Assembly: GCA_963743885.1 (NCBI GenBank)
Contig: CAVURJ010000002.1
Span: 36,721-100,720, forward strand
From: Candidatus Moraniibacteriota bacterium
GTDB lineage: Bacteria > Patescibacteriota > Minisyncoccia > Moranbacterales > UBA1568
Length of the DNA stretch: 64,000 nt
Direction: 5' to 3'
Positions 53,601 through 61,844 of the stretch are shown piece by piece. The position numbers and the translations under genes were made by a program. The stretch's first letter is position 1, and each line of letters begins with the position of its first letter. Below the pieces are notes generated by a model. The model did no database searches, had not been told where the DNA came from, and was given only the letters and a program-made list of their open reading frames with translations.

Positions 53601-56600
53601 ACGGTAACGCCCTCCTCACTGTTTATGGCGAATCCGATGGCGCCGGTTCTATTCAGAACTCCGGTGTCTCTATCGGTAACTCGACTCTCCAGTCCGGAGC
53701 CAAGTTTGCTGTGACCCAGGCTTTGACCACGACGACCGCCGGTACGATGTACGGTGTCTACAATTCCACGACGGATACCGGCATCGTCACCACGGGTACC
53801 GATACGACCTATGGCGTCTACAATACCGTCACGCGGACCGGTGCGACGGGCGGTACGATCAGCAATTATGGAGAGTACATCAGCCTGACCGGCGACACGG
53901 GTGGCACCAGTATCAACACTGGCCTCTATGTCACCGTCACCGGAGCGGATACCAATTATGCAGCCAACTTCATGGGTGGCAATGTTGGTATCGGCGACAG
54001 TACACCTGCTGCGCTTCTTACCGTCGGCAGTGGGGATCTCTTCCAGGTGAACAGCTCCGGTCAGGTCGCAGCCGGCACCTGGCAGGGTACAGTCATCGGT
54101 GCCCAGTACGGCGGCACCGGCGCAGCGACGCTCACGCCGAATGGCGTTCTCTACGGCAACGGCACCGGAGCTGTCCAGGTGACGGCAGCAGGTACTTCGG
54201 CGCAGCTTCTTCTTGCGAACGGTTCCGGTGTCCCGACGTTTGTCTCGATGTCGAGCGATGCCACCATTACGAATGCTGGCGTCCTTACGATTGCGGCTGA
54301 TGCGGTTGCTCTCGGCGGAGATACCACTGGCAACTACGTCGCCTCTGTCTCGAATGGCTCCGGTATCACCGGTGGTAGCGCTGGATCAGAAGGAGCAGCC
54401 CTCACCCTCGCCCTCGGTGCTCTCACGGCTGACTGGAACCAGACCGGAGCCTTCGACATCGCGCTCGGCAACGCCTCGTCTGAGCTCAAGATCATGGAAT
54501 CGACCGGAGCCACCTACTACGGCATCTTCGACGTGGGGGATCTGAGCGCTGATCGGACACTGACGGTGCCGAATGTTTCTGGTGTTATCGCGACCGTCGA
54601 TGGTGCTCAGACCTTTACCTCTGCGACGTGGAACGGTACAGTCATCGGTGCCCAGTACGGCGGCACCGGCCTCAATACGAGCGCTTCGACCGGCGTCCCG
54701 ACCATCTCCTCTGGCACCTGGAGCGTCTCCTCATCTCTTGGTGTCACTTTGGGAGGCACCGGCACGACGACCCAGTTCACTCCTGGCTCCATTGTTTTTG
54801 CTGGAGCAAGCGGCGTTTACAGTCAAGATAACGCCAACTTCTTCTGGGATGATACGAACAACCGGCTGGGTATTGGGACGGTGAGTCCTAGTGCGTCGCT
54901 TGATATCTATGGTACGTCCAATGCGCTCCGGCTCTCGTATGACAGCAGTAATTACGCGACATTGTCGACAGCTAGTACTGGAGATTTGTCAATCACGAGT
55001 TCGAATACGAGTGAGGCGGCAGTCGTGATCGGGACGGGCAGCGCCCAAGATGTTTCTGTTCAATTCGATGGAGCTTCTTACGATTATTTTTCTGGTCTTG
55101 ATCATACCACTGGCATGTACATGGTCGGTCCCGGATTTACAGTGCAGGGTGGGAACGCGGCGCTTACGATCGCTTCAACTGGGAATGTCGGCATTGGTAC
55201 AGGTGCTACAGCGCCAACTGCCCGCTTGGATGTATCGCTTGGTTCTACTTCAACAACAGGCGCTACGGAATATAGTGTTCGCAATACTCTCTCTGATACC
55301 GGCATCGTCACCACGGGTACCGATACGACCTATGGCGTCTACAATACCGTCACGCGGACCGGTGCGACGGGCGGTACGATCAGCAATTATGGAGAGTACA
55401 TCAGCCTGACCGGCGACACGGGTGGCACCAGTATCAACACTGGCCTCTATGTCACCGTCACCGGAGCGGATACCAATTATGCAGCCAACTTCATGGGTGG
55501 CAATGTTGGTATCGGCGACAGTACGCCTGCTGCGCTTCTTACCGTCGGCAGTGGGGATCTCTTCCAGGTGAACAGCTCCGGTCAGGTCGCAGCCGGCACC
55601 TGGCAGGGTACAGTCATCGGTGCCCAGTACGGCGGTACTGGTCTTAATACTTCCGCTTCGACTGGCGTTCCGACCATCTCTTCCGGCACGTGGTCTGTCA
55701 ATTCTGCGCTTGGCGTGACGACTGGCGGTACGGGCACGACGACCCAGTTTACTTTAGGTTCCATCGTTTTTGCTGGAGGATCCGGAGTCTATAATCAGGA
55801 TAATGCCAATTTCTTCTGGGATGATACGAACAATCGTCTCGGTATTGGCACGACTACTCCGAATGCTGGCCTCGATATCCTGAAGACAACCGCTCAGCTC
55901 CGTCTCTCATATGATGCATCGAACTACACGGCCTTTACGGTGGCGAGTGATGGGTCCATCATGATCGATCCGAGTGGCAGTGGCAACAACGTCCTCACAA
56001 TTGGTGATGGGGGAGCGACGGATCAGAATGTTCTTTTCGATGGCAATACGAATGACTACTATGTCGGTCAGGATGATACGGATGATAGTCTGAAGGTTGG
56101 TCTCGGGTCGGCAGTTGGCACCAATACCTATCTGACGGTTGCATCCGGTGGTAATGTGACAGTCAATACGGGGCAGCTTAACGCGTCGGCAGACGGTGTC
56201 GTGACCAAGGTAAATGCTGGAAATTGCAGCGATTCGACGTTTGCGACTGATACGGACGGCACGTTGTGCGTCGATTCGACAAGCGGTTCTGAGCGCCTCT
56301 ATTTCCGCGAGGGTGGTGCTTGGAACTATATCGCCAAGACAGGCGGTTTCCAGATTCCGAATTATGAGACAGCGCCACAGGATGATCTGACAGCCCAAGC
56401 CGAGGGCTCTCTGGAACAGAATACTGAGGATGTATCGCATTACCCTGAGTATTTGACTGATCGCATGCAGCCAGGCGAACTGCTTATCCCGTATGTCGAT
56501 GAATACCTTTCGGATGGCGCGGTCCATGGTTTGTATGCTCGTTTTACGGATGTGAAGGACGCGATGTTCGCTGATGAGAGGGCGGAGATTGCTGAGCTCA

Positions 56601-57292
56601 AGAGTTCGGCAGATTCATTCCTTGAATTGTACGGCCGCGTCGATGACATAGAGCGGGGATTGAGTGCGCTTATCGATCCGGAAGATGGGGAAATCGCGCT
56701 TGTGAAGAATAGTGTTGCTGATGCGCAGCGGAGCATCGTGGGATTGGATGGCCGGATGACGGTTCTGGAAAGCCAGGTCGCGGCGCTGTATGAGTTTTAC
56801 ACGAGCACCGAGCTCGGCAGTATTGTTACGAAGGATGTGACCGGTAGCGTCGATCTTTTGGATGGTAGCCTGACAGCGCAGCTTGTGCAGGCTGGTCTTG
56901 TCAAGGCGGATCTGATTGAGGGTGTCATTTCTGGCGGCATAGCTATTGAGAATGCTGATGAGACATCGCAGACCATTGGCACGGCGGTTATTTGCCCGAT
57001 TGTCACGGACACGGATAGCGATGGCAAGGATGACTGTTCAGGTATTGATATAGCTGATGCTGATGCGGTAGCGGATCAGGATGGTACGTATGTGGAGGTC
57101 AAGACCAAGGCGATGATTCCGATGGTCAACGGCTCTCGTGTCTTCACAACCTTCAAGGACAACCCGAATGCGTTCAGTTGGATCGAGAAGATCAAGGATG
57201 AAGACGGAGAATATGTCGGTTTCAAGATCCGTCTCGATAAGGCAGTGACCGCCAAGGTGAAGGTTGATTGGCTCTTGGTTGAACAGAAATAA
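41654..57292 (+). CDS. Giant (about 5200 aa) Gly/Thr/Ser-rich repetitive surface protein, fibre/adhesin-like
   Basis: N-terminal signal/TM; recurring GTLPVANGGTG, TTGNYVASV and FFWDDTNNRLGIG modules; coiled coil near the C-terminus; start may be 41663. Confidence 0.85.
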   Translation: MKDMLSYVRNKNRKSFAKLLFSAIAVGVICLGWYNIRPVFAQFVDAQSIQRIGLSASLFNSENRIITNGTYEVRFAIYSKDRAESDVYPSNADAGSRLWEETQTVSVKNGVFRVFLGSANPLPESLTFNEGDYYVGMRIGTDSEMVPRKRLGSVPRAINSQYLGGKQVGTGAGDILTLGNKGKIDIKQLPTGTGSKQLVLGNDSRLQDSHQQNSDIGTDSTVFTIGDGASLADNFLLNVSSASNTPAIRFNGSTGAWQFSNDGTTFADISSGSSGTYLPLAGGTMTGAIVFAPAQSFADLISLGADTVGNYLASVSGGNGIVVSGSGSEGATPTVSLSLLGSADGTGAASSNSGLEFQGVGLSELTLLQGCSNGQGLSWNDTTNVWECTSFSAGLAGSGTAGYATYWSGASSLGSEQYLSSVRGGTGLDASAASNGSLLIGNGSGFTLNTLAGSGGVTVTNAVGIITLGLDALTSGTTATTYSNSGLETTADGIRLLGGCNDEQVLAWNATLERWVCSNKTGGTSDWTSTGSYTYLTDATDDLVIGGATTDAGFFFDVSAGTLAFEGTTADTYETAIGVIDPTADNTINFPNVSGTVITTGNLSSITATGTIASGTWNGTTIDVAHGGTGAATLSDLITLGTHTVGSYVSTIAAGNGISTTGASSGETIAHTLSLKLLILADSTGGTSSNSGLEFQGVGSDSLALLQGCSNGQVLSWNETTSVWECNSVSGMGGVTGSATSGQVAYWDSSSSIAGENQLAVSRGGTGIGSYTIGDLLYASGATTLSRLADVATGNVLISGGLGIAPSWGKVDLTSHVTGTLPVANGGTGATSLNDLITLSTHTTGNYVASVSNGSGITGGSAGSEGAALTLAIDLLDSADGTGSTSSNSGLEFQGAGSNELTLIQGCSNNQMLLWNDTTSTWYCGSVSGAGGIDGTGTAGYSAYWTDVDTLANEQYVSVARGGTGLSGSTAANGTLLIGTGTGYALATLTQGAGMTITNGSGTISLATTLGASVDLATEITGTLPIGNGGTGVALTDPNADRIMFWDDSAGVVAFLTPAANLSISGTTIDLAASVQLGADGTDGVFALYSEQGVTDYMTTFQPGTQTQNVTYTLPNDDGASGQVLVTNGTGTLSWSSVSGAGGVTGTGTTNYVAYWDSPSSIAAEQYLSLSRGGTGTSLTDPNADQIMFWDDSAGNVAFLAPSSNLSISGTGVDLASAVTIGSSLQLGQNGTDGTLTLFSEQGATDYTTVFQPGTQTQNVTYTLPNDDGASGQVLVTNGTGTLSWSSVSGAGGVTGTGTTNYVAYWDSPSSIAAEQYLSPTRGGTGVGTFTPNGVLYGNGTGAVQVTAAGTSAQLLLANGSGVPTFVSMSSDATITNAGVLTIAADAVALGGDTTGNYVASVSTSATTGLTGGSAGSESAALSLAFDYTSTLVGNPSLAAGSAVFGTTGLIFEGTTADAFEGLLTLIDPTTDNTWTLPNVSGTVITTGNLSSITATGTIASGTWNGTVIGAQYGGTGAATLTPNGVLYGNGTGAVQVTAAGTSAQLLLANGSGVPTFVSMSSDATITNAGVLTIAADAVALGGDTTGNYVASVSNGSGITGGSVGSEGAALTLAIDLLDSADGAGSTSSNSGLEFQGAGSNELGLLQGCANNEVLSWNDTTSVWQCASVSGVGGVTGSGVSGQVAYWDGTSSIAGENQLSVSRGGTGLGTYVIGDILYASGAAALSRLADVATGNVLISGGVGIAPSWGKVDLMSHVTGTLSVANGGTGATTLADLITLSTHTTGNYVASVSNGSGITGGSAGSEGAALTLALGALTADWNQTGAFDIALGNASSELKIMESTGATYYGIFDVGDLSADRTLTVPNVSGVIATVDGAQTFTSATWNGTVIGAQYGGTGAATLTPNGVLYGNGTGAVQVTAAGTSAQLLLANGSGVPTFVSMSSDATITNAGVLTIAADAVALGGDTTGNYVASVSNGSGITGGSVGSEGAALTLAIDLLDSADGAGSTSSNSGLEFQGASSNELTLLQGCSDNNVLAWQDASNSWICTSVGGVGAGDITAVGDATTGDAFTAAGTSGTSLYFYDADGRGQLTIANLTAARTYTLPNVSGTIITTGDTGSVTSTMLADSTIAEADLSVTNAATAGYILSYDAGGGFTWIANTGGTGSSKWTDSGTITYLTSTTDDVALGGSTSTASRFFFDVTTGNQIIFEGTGADDANESTLVIANPTADNTLTIPNITGTFVTTGDTASVTGTMITNDTVVLTTDTAGNYVASVSNGSGITGGNGGSEGAALTLALGALTADWNQTGAFDIALNNASSELKIMESTGATYYGIFDVGDLSSDQTYSFTTGGTVWTSGNDGTGSTLDADTLDGHSATYFQTVLANPVTGTGTNGYNAYWNGTGMLGSEQYVATSRGGTGVNGSAAANGALLIGNSTGYSLATLTQGSGVTITNGSGTITIASTLGTSVDLASEVTGTLPVANGGTGATTLADLITLSTHTTGNYVASITNGSGITGGNGGSEGAALTLALSALTADWNQTGAFDIALNNASSELKIMESTGATYYGIFDVGDLASDQTYSFTTGGTVWTSGNDGSGSTLDADTLDGISSASFVQTSGLLFTAAGTSGSSQSINQGDTLTIAAGTGITTTGGVTDTITIASTLGTDISSSEIVDGTIAEADLNATNSPTAGYALIYDVGGGFTWADTGGMGNSKWTDAGTFTYLSGTADNIVVGASTESGAAFEVDTVNTTIKLKEGGTTPTYFGIFDVGDLSSDQTYSFTTGGTVWTSGNDGSGSTLDADTLDGISSASFVQTSGLLFTAAGTSGSSQSINQGDTLTIAAGTGITTTGGATDTITIASTLGTSVDLASEVTGTLPVANGGTGATTLADLITLSTHTTGNYVASVSNGSGITGGSAGSEGAALTLALGALTADWNQTGAFDIALNNASSELKILGSAGTYYGIFDVGALGSDQTYSFTTGGTVWTSGNDGSGSTLDADTLDGHDTAYFQTALTNPVTGTGTSGQVAYWDGTSSIAGENQLSASRGGTGINGATAANGTLLIGNGTGYTLATLTDGAGITVTEGAGTITIASTLGTSVDLASEVTGTLPVANGGTGATTLADLITLSTHTTGNYVASVSNGSGITGGSAGSEGAALTLALGALTADWNQTGAFDIALNNASSELKILGSAGTYYGIFDVGALGSDQTYSFTTGGTVWTSGNDGSGSTLDADTLDGISSASFVQTSGLLFTAAGTSGSSQSINQGDTLTIAAGTGITTTGGATDTVTIAATLGTDIASSEIVDSTIAEADLSVTNAATAGYILSYDAGGGFTWIANTGGTGSSKWTDSGTITYLTSTTDDVALGGSTSTASRFFFDVTTGNQIIFEGTGADDANESTLVIANPTADNTLTIPNITGTFVTTGDTASVTGTMITNDTVVLTTDTAGNYVASVSNGSGITGGNGGSEGAALTLALGALTADWNQTGAFDIALNNTSSELKILGSAGTYYGIFDVGALGSDQTYSFTTGGTVWTSGNDGSGSTLDADLLDGLSSASFVQTSGLLFTAAGTSGSSQSINQGDTLTIAAGTGVTTTGGATDTITIASTLGTSVDLASEVTGTLPVANGGTGATTLADLITLSTHTTGNYVASVSNGSGITGGSAGSEGAALTLALSALTADWNQTGAFDIALNNASSELKILESLGDTYYGIFDVGDLSADRTLTVPNVSGVIATLDGSQTFTSATWNGTAIGAQYGGTGLNTSASTGVPTISSGTWSVDTNYLSLAHGGTNASLTASNGGIVYSTASALSVLAANANSGLALVSGGAGAPTWFAPTVGSVIFAGANGALSSSNTQFFWDNTNNYLGIGDATPTNQFDLLSSSAAHNGIIITNTNAGNYNPIMQFELTENTPLFTLGIDDSDSDKFKITTGSDISGTSQFTIDSSGTTSIANLNLGATTFDADAGIVSWIDMPVTSSATAGTVESYTAQLDGNALLTVYGESDGAGSIQNSGVSIGNSTLQSGAKFAVTQALTTTTAGTMYGVYNSTTDTGIVTTGTDTTYGVYNTVTRTGATGGTISNYGEYISLTGDTGGTSINTGLYVTVTGADTNYAANFMGGNVGIGDSTPAALLTVGSGDLFQVNSSGQVAAGTWQGTVIGAQYGGTGAATLTPNGVLYGNGTGAVQVTAAGTSAQLLLANGSGVPTFVSMSSDATITNAGVLTIAADAVALGGDTTGNYVASVSNGSGITGGSAGSEGAALTLALGALTADWNQTGAFDIALGNASSELKIMESTGATYYGIFDVGDLSADRTLTVPNVSGVIATVDGAQTFTSATWNGTVIGAQYGGTGLNTSASTGVPTISSGTWSVSSSLGVTLGGTGTTTQFTPGSIVFAGASGVYSQDNANFFWDDTNNRLGIGTVSPSASLDIYGTSNALRLSYDSSNYATLSTASTGDLSITSSNTSEAAVVIGTGSAQDVSVQFDGASYDYFSGLDHTTGMYMVGPGFTVQGGNAALTIASTGNVGIGTGATAPTARLDVSLGSTSTTGATEYSVRNTLSDTGIVTTGTDTTYGVYNTVTRTGATGGTISNYGEYISLTGDTGGTSINTGLYVTVTGADTNYAANFMGGNVGIGDSTPAALLTVGSGDLFQVNSSGQVAAGTWQGTVIGAQYGGTGLNTSASTGVPTISSGTWSVNSALGVTTGGTGTTTQFTLGSIVFAGGSGVYNQDNANFFWDDTNNRLGIGTTTPNAGLDILKTTAQLRLSYDASNYTAFTVASDGSIMIDPSGSGNNVLTIGDGGATDQNVLFDGNTNDYYVGQDDTDDSLKVGLGSAVGTNTYLTVASGGNVTVNTGQLNASADGVVTKVNAGNCSDSTFATDTDGTLCVDSTSGSERLYFREGGAWNYIAKTGGFQIPNYETAPQDDLTAQAEGSLEQNTEDVSHYPEYLTDRMQPGELLIPYVDEYLSDGAVHGLYARFTDVKDAMFADERAEIAELKSSADSFLELYGRVDDIERGLSALIDPEDGEIALVKNSVADAQRSIVGLDGRMTVLESQVAALYEFYTSTELGSIVTKDVTGSVDLLDGSLTAQLVQAGLVKADLIEGVISGGIAIENADETSQTIGTAVICPIVTDTDSDGKDDCSGIDIADADAVADQDGTYVEVKTKAMIPMVNGSRVFTTFKDNPNAFSWIEKIKDEDGEYVGFKIRLDKAVTAKVKVDWLLVEQK

Positions 57293-57323
57293 GGTAAAGA
57301 GTTAAGAAGGAAAAGAAGACAGG

Positions 57324-60300
57324 ATGACAAAGGGATATATGAAACCTGAAAGGCGATTAGGAACAATTCTGTGGAGGGCGGCACCTGTTCTGGTTGTTTT
57401 TGCGATTATCGGAGCGGCCGGTTTCGGTTTGGTAAGGCTATGGCAGCATGAGATGGCAGTGATTATTCCTGATGAACTGGCATCTGGGACGGCTCGCACG
57501 GTCACGCTGGTAGCTGGAAAGGATTATCACGTATCGGGTCAATCAGTTGTCGAGAACGTACCGGACAACGAGATGCTTGCTGCTTTTCCGATGCTTCAGG
57601 ACGGATTTTCCGATCTTTCATTTTCGATGGATGCTGATGCGAATATCGCAAAATCAGCTATTGAAAAGACGGTTTCCCTGTCTGAGAGTGCTGGTCGGGT
57701 GGCGAGTGAATATTCACTTGATGGAATGCGTATTACGACAGAGTATCGTGAGAATGATTCTATTTCAAAACAGTCTGAAAATCAGAAGATGCTTGGCGGA
57801 GGAGAGGGGAGTATATCTATCAAGCAGACGATAACGTTGAAGAACGATCAGGACCAGGAAAAGAAGGTGGCTTTTTCCGTACGGACTAAGATAGCGGCAG
57901 ATAAGGTCGTATGGGATGGCCGCGAATACCGGCTTACCGGTCAGCATGAGACATTTCGTGCTTACGAGAAGACGGCTTCCGTGCCGGAATTCGCCAAGGA
58001 TATGGGACAGAAGGATCTCAAGGGTATCGATGCGTTCAAGGACTATACGCACACCTATACGGTCGGTTCCTCGCTCTCGTTCGCCGACAAGGATGGGAAT
58101 ATGGCCGATTATGATTGGAGTGATGCGCTCGCCTTTCATCCGGAGGTGGTCGCTTATCGCGAGGGTGATGCGTCGTATATCGAGCTCCGGCTTTCGGGGG
58201 TCACGGTTCCGGCGTATGGCGAGACGGTCATCGATCCGGACTATGACCTGGCATCGGGAGCCGGCTACACGGCACGCTACGATGGGGCGTACATAAACAA
58301 TAGCATCAGTTCGATTGCCGTCAGCGATGTGAATGGCGACGGTTTCTCTGATCTCGTCATCAGTTCGCCGTATGCGAGTAATAATAGTCGCACTGGCTCT
58401 GGCTCTGTCTATATCGTATTCCGCAAAGCCGATTCTCCCAGTGGAGTACAGAGTCTTGATGTCGCTGCACACTACAACATCCGCTATGATGGGGCAGCGG
58501 CAGGCGATACTTTCGGGTCAGCAGTGGTCGTCGGCGATGTGAATGGCGATAGCCATTCTGATCTTATCGTCGGTGCATCGACCGCGAGTAATAATAGCCG
58601 CTCCTATTCCGGTTCCGTCTACGTCTTCTTCTCTACCCTGATTGACGATGTCGGCGCCACGACGGGTAACAATCTCGACCTCGCTACCGGGACCAACTAC
58701 AACATCCGCTATGATGGGGCAGCGGCAGGCGATACTTTCGGGTCAGCAGTGGTCGTCGGCGATGTGAATGGCGATAGCCATCCTGATCTTATCGCTGGTG
58801 TGCCGTATGCGAGCAATAATAGTCGCTCCGCTTCCGGTTCCGCCTACGTCTTCTTCTCTACTCTGATCGATGATGTCGGCGCCACGACGGGTAACAATCT
58901 CGACCTCGCTACCGGGACCAACTACAACATCCGCTATGACGGCGCGGAGGCAGGTGACTTTATGGGGCAGTCTGTCACAACAGGCGACGTGAATGGCGAT
59001 AGTTATCCCGACCTCGTGTTGGGCACACCGGACGCTGGCAACAATGCCCGTTCTGGGTCTGGCTCCGTCTACGTCTTCTTCTCTACTCTGATCGATGATG
59101 TCGGCGCCACGACGGGTAACAATCTCGACCTCGCTACCGGGACCAACTACAACATCCGCTATGACGGCGCGGAGGCAGGTGACTTTATGGGGCAGTCTGT
59201 CACAACAGGCGACGTGAATGGCGATAGCCATTCTGATCTTATCGTCGGTGCATCGACCGCGAGTAATAATAGTCGCTCCGCTTCCGGTTCCGCCTACGTC
59301 TTCTTCTCTACTCTGATCGATGATGTCGGCGCCACGACGGGTAACAATCTCGACCTCGCTACCGGGACCAATTACAACATCCGCTATGATGGTGCGGTCG
59401 CAGGTGACTATATAGGACAGACTGCCACAACAGGCGACGTGAATGGCGATAGCCATCCTGATCTTATCGTCGGTGCATCGACCGCGAGCAATAATAGTCG
59501 CTCCGCTTCCGGTTCCGCCTACGTCTTCTTCTCTACTCTGATCGATGATGTCGGCGCCACGACGGGTAACAATCTCGACCTCGCTACCGGGACCAATTAC
59601 AACATCCGCTATGATGGTGCGGTCGCAGGTGACTATATAGGACAGACTGCCACAACAGGCGACGTGAATGGCGATAGCCATCCTGATCTTATCGTCGGTG
59701 CATCGACCGCGAGTAATAATAGTCGCTCCGCTTCCGGTTCCGCCTACGTCTTCTTCTCTACTCTGATCGATGATGTCGGCGCCACGACGGGTAACAATCT
59801 CGACCTCGCTACCGGGACCAATTACAACATCCGCTATGATGGTGCGGTCGCAGGTGACTATATGGGGCAGTCTGTCACAACAGGCGACGTGAACAGCGAC
59901 GGTTATTCGGATATGATCGCTCAGACACAAGCGTCTTCGGGGGATGATCTTGTGTACATCTTATTCTCTACTTTGATTGACGACGTGGGCGCCACCACCG
60001 GCAACAATTTTGATTTGGCTACGAGCACTAATTACAGTGCGCGCTTTGATGGTGCGCCGTCGCTGGGCACATATGTCGATGGCCGATTAGCTATCGGCGA
60101 CGTGAACGGTGACGGTATAGATGATCTCGTGATTGGAGGAGTGAGTATCTATGTTATTTTCGGCGGACAGCATCCTACGGGAAACCGTTTGCTTACGGTG
60201 GCCGGGAATTATAATATCCGTTATAACAGCGTTAGCACTCATATTGCCATCGGCGACGTGAACGGCGACGGTTTCTCTGATCTTGTTATCGGTTCATCAT

Positions 60301-61802
60301 CCGCGAGCAATAATAGTCGCTCCTATTCCGGTTCTGTCTACGTCTTCTTCTCTACTCTGATCGATGATGTCGGCGCCACAACCGGTAACAACAAAGACCT
60401 CGCTACTGGTACCAACTACAACATCCGCTATGATGGTGCGGTCGCAGAGGATACTCTCGGGTCAGCAGTAGTCATCGGCGACGTGAATGGCGATAGTCAT
60501 CCTGATCTTATCGTCGGTGCGCCGTATGCGAGCAATAATAGTCGCTTTCATTCCGGCTCCGTCTACGTCTTCTTCTCTACTCTGATCGATGATGTCGGCG
60601 CTACGACCGGTAATGACAAGGATCTGGCTACCGGGACCAACTACAACATCCGCTATGACGGGGTAGTTACGAGCGGATATTATGGCGAAGCGCTGTTCAC
60701 TGGCGACGTGAACGGCGACGGTTATGCTGATCTTGTACTCGGTAATGGGAACACGAGTTACAATAGCCGCGCCTATTCCGGTTCCGCCTACGTCTTCTTC
60801 TCTACCCTGATTGACGATGTGGGCGCCACCACTGGTAACAATCTCGACCTCGCTACTGGTACCAACTACAACATCCGCTATGATGGTGCGACTGCCAGTG
60901 CTCGGTTAGTTGGCGCCGAGGGAGCTATTGTTATTGGTGATGTAAATGGCGACAGCCACCCCGACCTTATCGTCGGTGCGCCGTATACGAGTTATAATAG
61001 TCGCTCCGCTTCCGGTTCCGCCTACGTCTTCTTCTCTACCCTGATTGACGATGTGGGCGCCACGACCGGTAACAATCTCGACCTCGCGATAGGGACCAAC
61101 TACAACATCCGCTATGATGGCGCGGCCGCCGAGGACAGGCTGACATACGGGGAAAATAGCAAAGTATTGACGGCTGGCGATGTGAATGGCGACGGTTATC
61201 CTGATCTTGTGTTCGGATCGTCATATATTGATAACAATAGCCGTTCTTACTCTGGCTCTGTCTATGTCCTCTTCTCTACCCTGATTGACGATGTGGGCGC
61301 CACGACCGGTAACAACAAAGACCTGGCTACCGGGACCAACTACAACATCCGCTATGATGGCGCGGCCGCCGGTGATTGGCTGGCTGGCTATTCGGGAGTG
61401 ATTATCGGGGATGCTGATGGCGACGGCCACCCCGACCTCGTCTTCGGTACGTCGCTGGCCGACAATAATTCTCGGACGAATTCTGGCGCGCTCTATATGC
61501 TTTCTTCTACTCTGATTGATGATGTCGGCGCTACGACCGGTAATGACAAGGATCTGGCCACCGGTACCAACTACAGCATCCGCTACGATGGGGCTCTTGC
61601 TAATGACGGACTTGCCTCTGTTCCGGAAACCATTGCCATCGGCAATCTGGGCGGCAAAGCGAATCTCGCGTTTTGTGTAGGGACAGGACCATATAATAGC
61701 GGCTCCGTCTATATTATCGAAAAAGGTGGCCCATCAGCTCATCAGCCGTTCGGTATCCAGGGCCAGGCCAAGTTTAATGGCGCCATCAAGCTTGGGCACT
61801 AG
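57324..61802 (+). CDS. FG-GAP (integrin alpha-like) beta-propeller repeat surface protein
   Basis: N-terminal TM; about 15 GDVNGD..DL..GA...SGS.YV repeats with a 75-aa (225-bp) period. Confidence 0.9.
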   Translation: MTKGYMKPERRLGTILWRAAPVLVVFAIIGAAGFGLVRLWQHEMAVIIPDELASGTARTVTLVAGKDYHVSGQSVVENVPDNEMLAAFPMLQDGFSDLSFSMDADANIAKSAIEKTVSLSESAGRVASEYSLDGMRITTEYRENDSISKQSENQKMLGGGEGSISIKQTITLKNDQDQEKKVAFSVRTKIAADKVVWDGREYRLTGQHETFRAYEKTASVPEFAKDMGQKDLKGIDAFKDYTHTYTVGSSLSFADKDGNMADYDWSDALAFHPEVVAYREGDASYIELRLSGVTVPAYGETVIDPDYDLASGAGYTARYDGAYINNSISSIAVSDVNGDGFSDLVISSPYASNNSRTGSGSVYIVFRKADSPSGVQSLDVAAHYNIRYDGAAAGDTFGSAVVVGDVNGDSHSDLIVGASTASNNSRSYSGSVYVFFSTLIDDVGATTGNNLDLATGTNYNIRYDGAAAGDTFGSAVVVGDVNGDSHPDLIAGVPYASNNSRSASGSAYVFFSTLIDDVGATTGNNLDLATGTNYNIRYDGAEAGDFMGQSVTTGDVNGDSYPDLVLGTPDAGNNARSGSGSVYVFFSTLIDDVGATTGNNLDLATGTNYNIRYDGAEAGDFMGQSVTTGDVNGDSHSDLIVGASTASNNSRSASGSAYVFFSTLIDDVGATTGNNLDLATGTNYNIRYDGAVAGDYIGQTATTGDVNGDSHPDLIVGASTASNNSRSASGSAYVFFSTLIDDVGATTGNNLDLATGTNYNIRYDGAVAGDYIGQTATTGDVNGDSHPDLIVGASTASNNSRSASGSAYVFFSTLIDDVGATTGNNLDLATGTNYNIRYDGAVAGDYMGQSVTTGDVNSDGYSDMIAQTQASSGDDLVYILFSTLIDDVGATTGNNFDLATSTNYSARFDGAPSLGTYVDGRLAIGDVNGDGIDDLVIGGVSIYVIFGGQHPTGNRLLTVAGNYNIRYNSVSTHIAIGDVNGDGFSDLVIGSSSASNNSRSYSGSVYVFFSTLIDDVGATTGNNKDLATGTNYNIRYDGAVAEDTLGSAVVIGDVNGDSHPDLIVGAPYASNNSRFHSGSVYVFFSTLIDDVGATTGNDKDLATGTNYNIRYDGVVTSGYYGEALFTGDVNGDGYADLVLGNGNTSYNSRAYSGSAYVFFSTLIDDVGATTGNNLDLATGTNYNIRYDGATASARLVGAEGAIVIGDVNGDSHPDLIVGAPYTSYNSRSASGSAYVFFSTLIDDVGATTGNNLDLAIGTNYNIRYDGAAAEDRLTYGENSKVLTAGDVNGDGYPDLVFGSSYIDNNSRSYSGSVYVLFSTLIDDVGATTGNNKDLATGTNYNIRYDGAAAGDWLAGYSGVIIGDADGDGHPDLVFGTSLADNNSRTNSGALYMLSSTLIDDVGATTGNDKDLATGTNYSIRYDGALANDGLASVPETIAIGNLGGKANLAFCVGTGPYNSGSVYIIEKGGPSAHQPFGIQGQAKFNGAIKLGH

Positions 61803-61844
61803 TAAACCCACAAACAGCGGTCCGACTGCTGTAAAGAAGTGATA

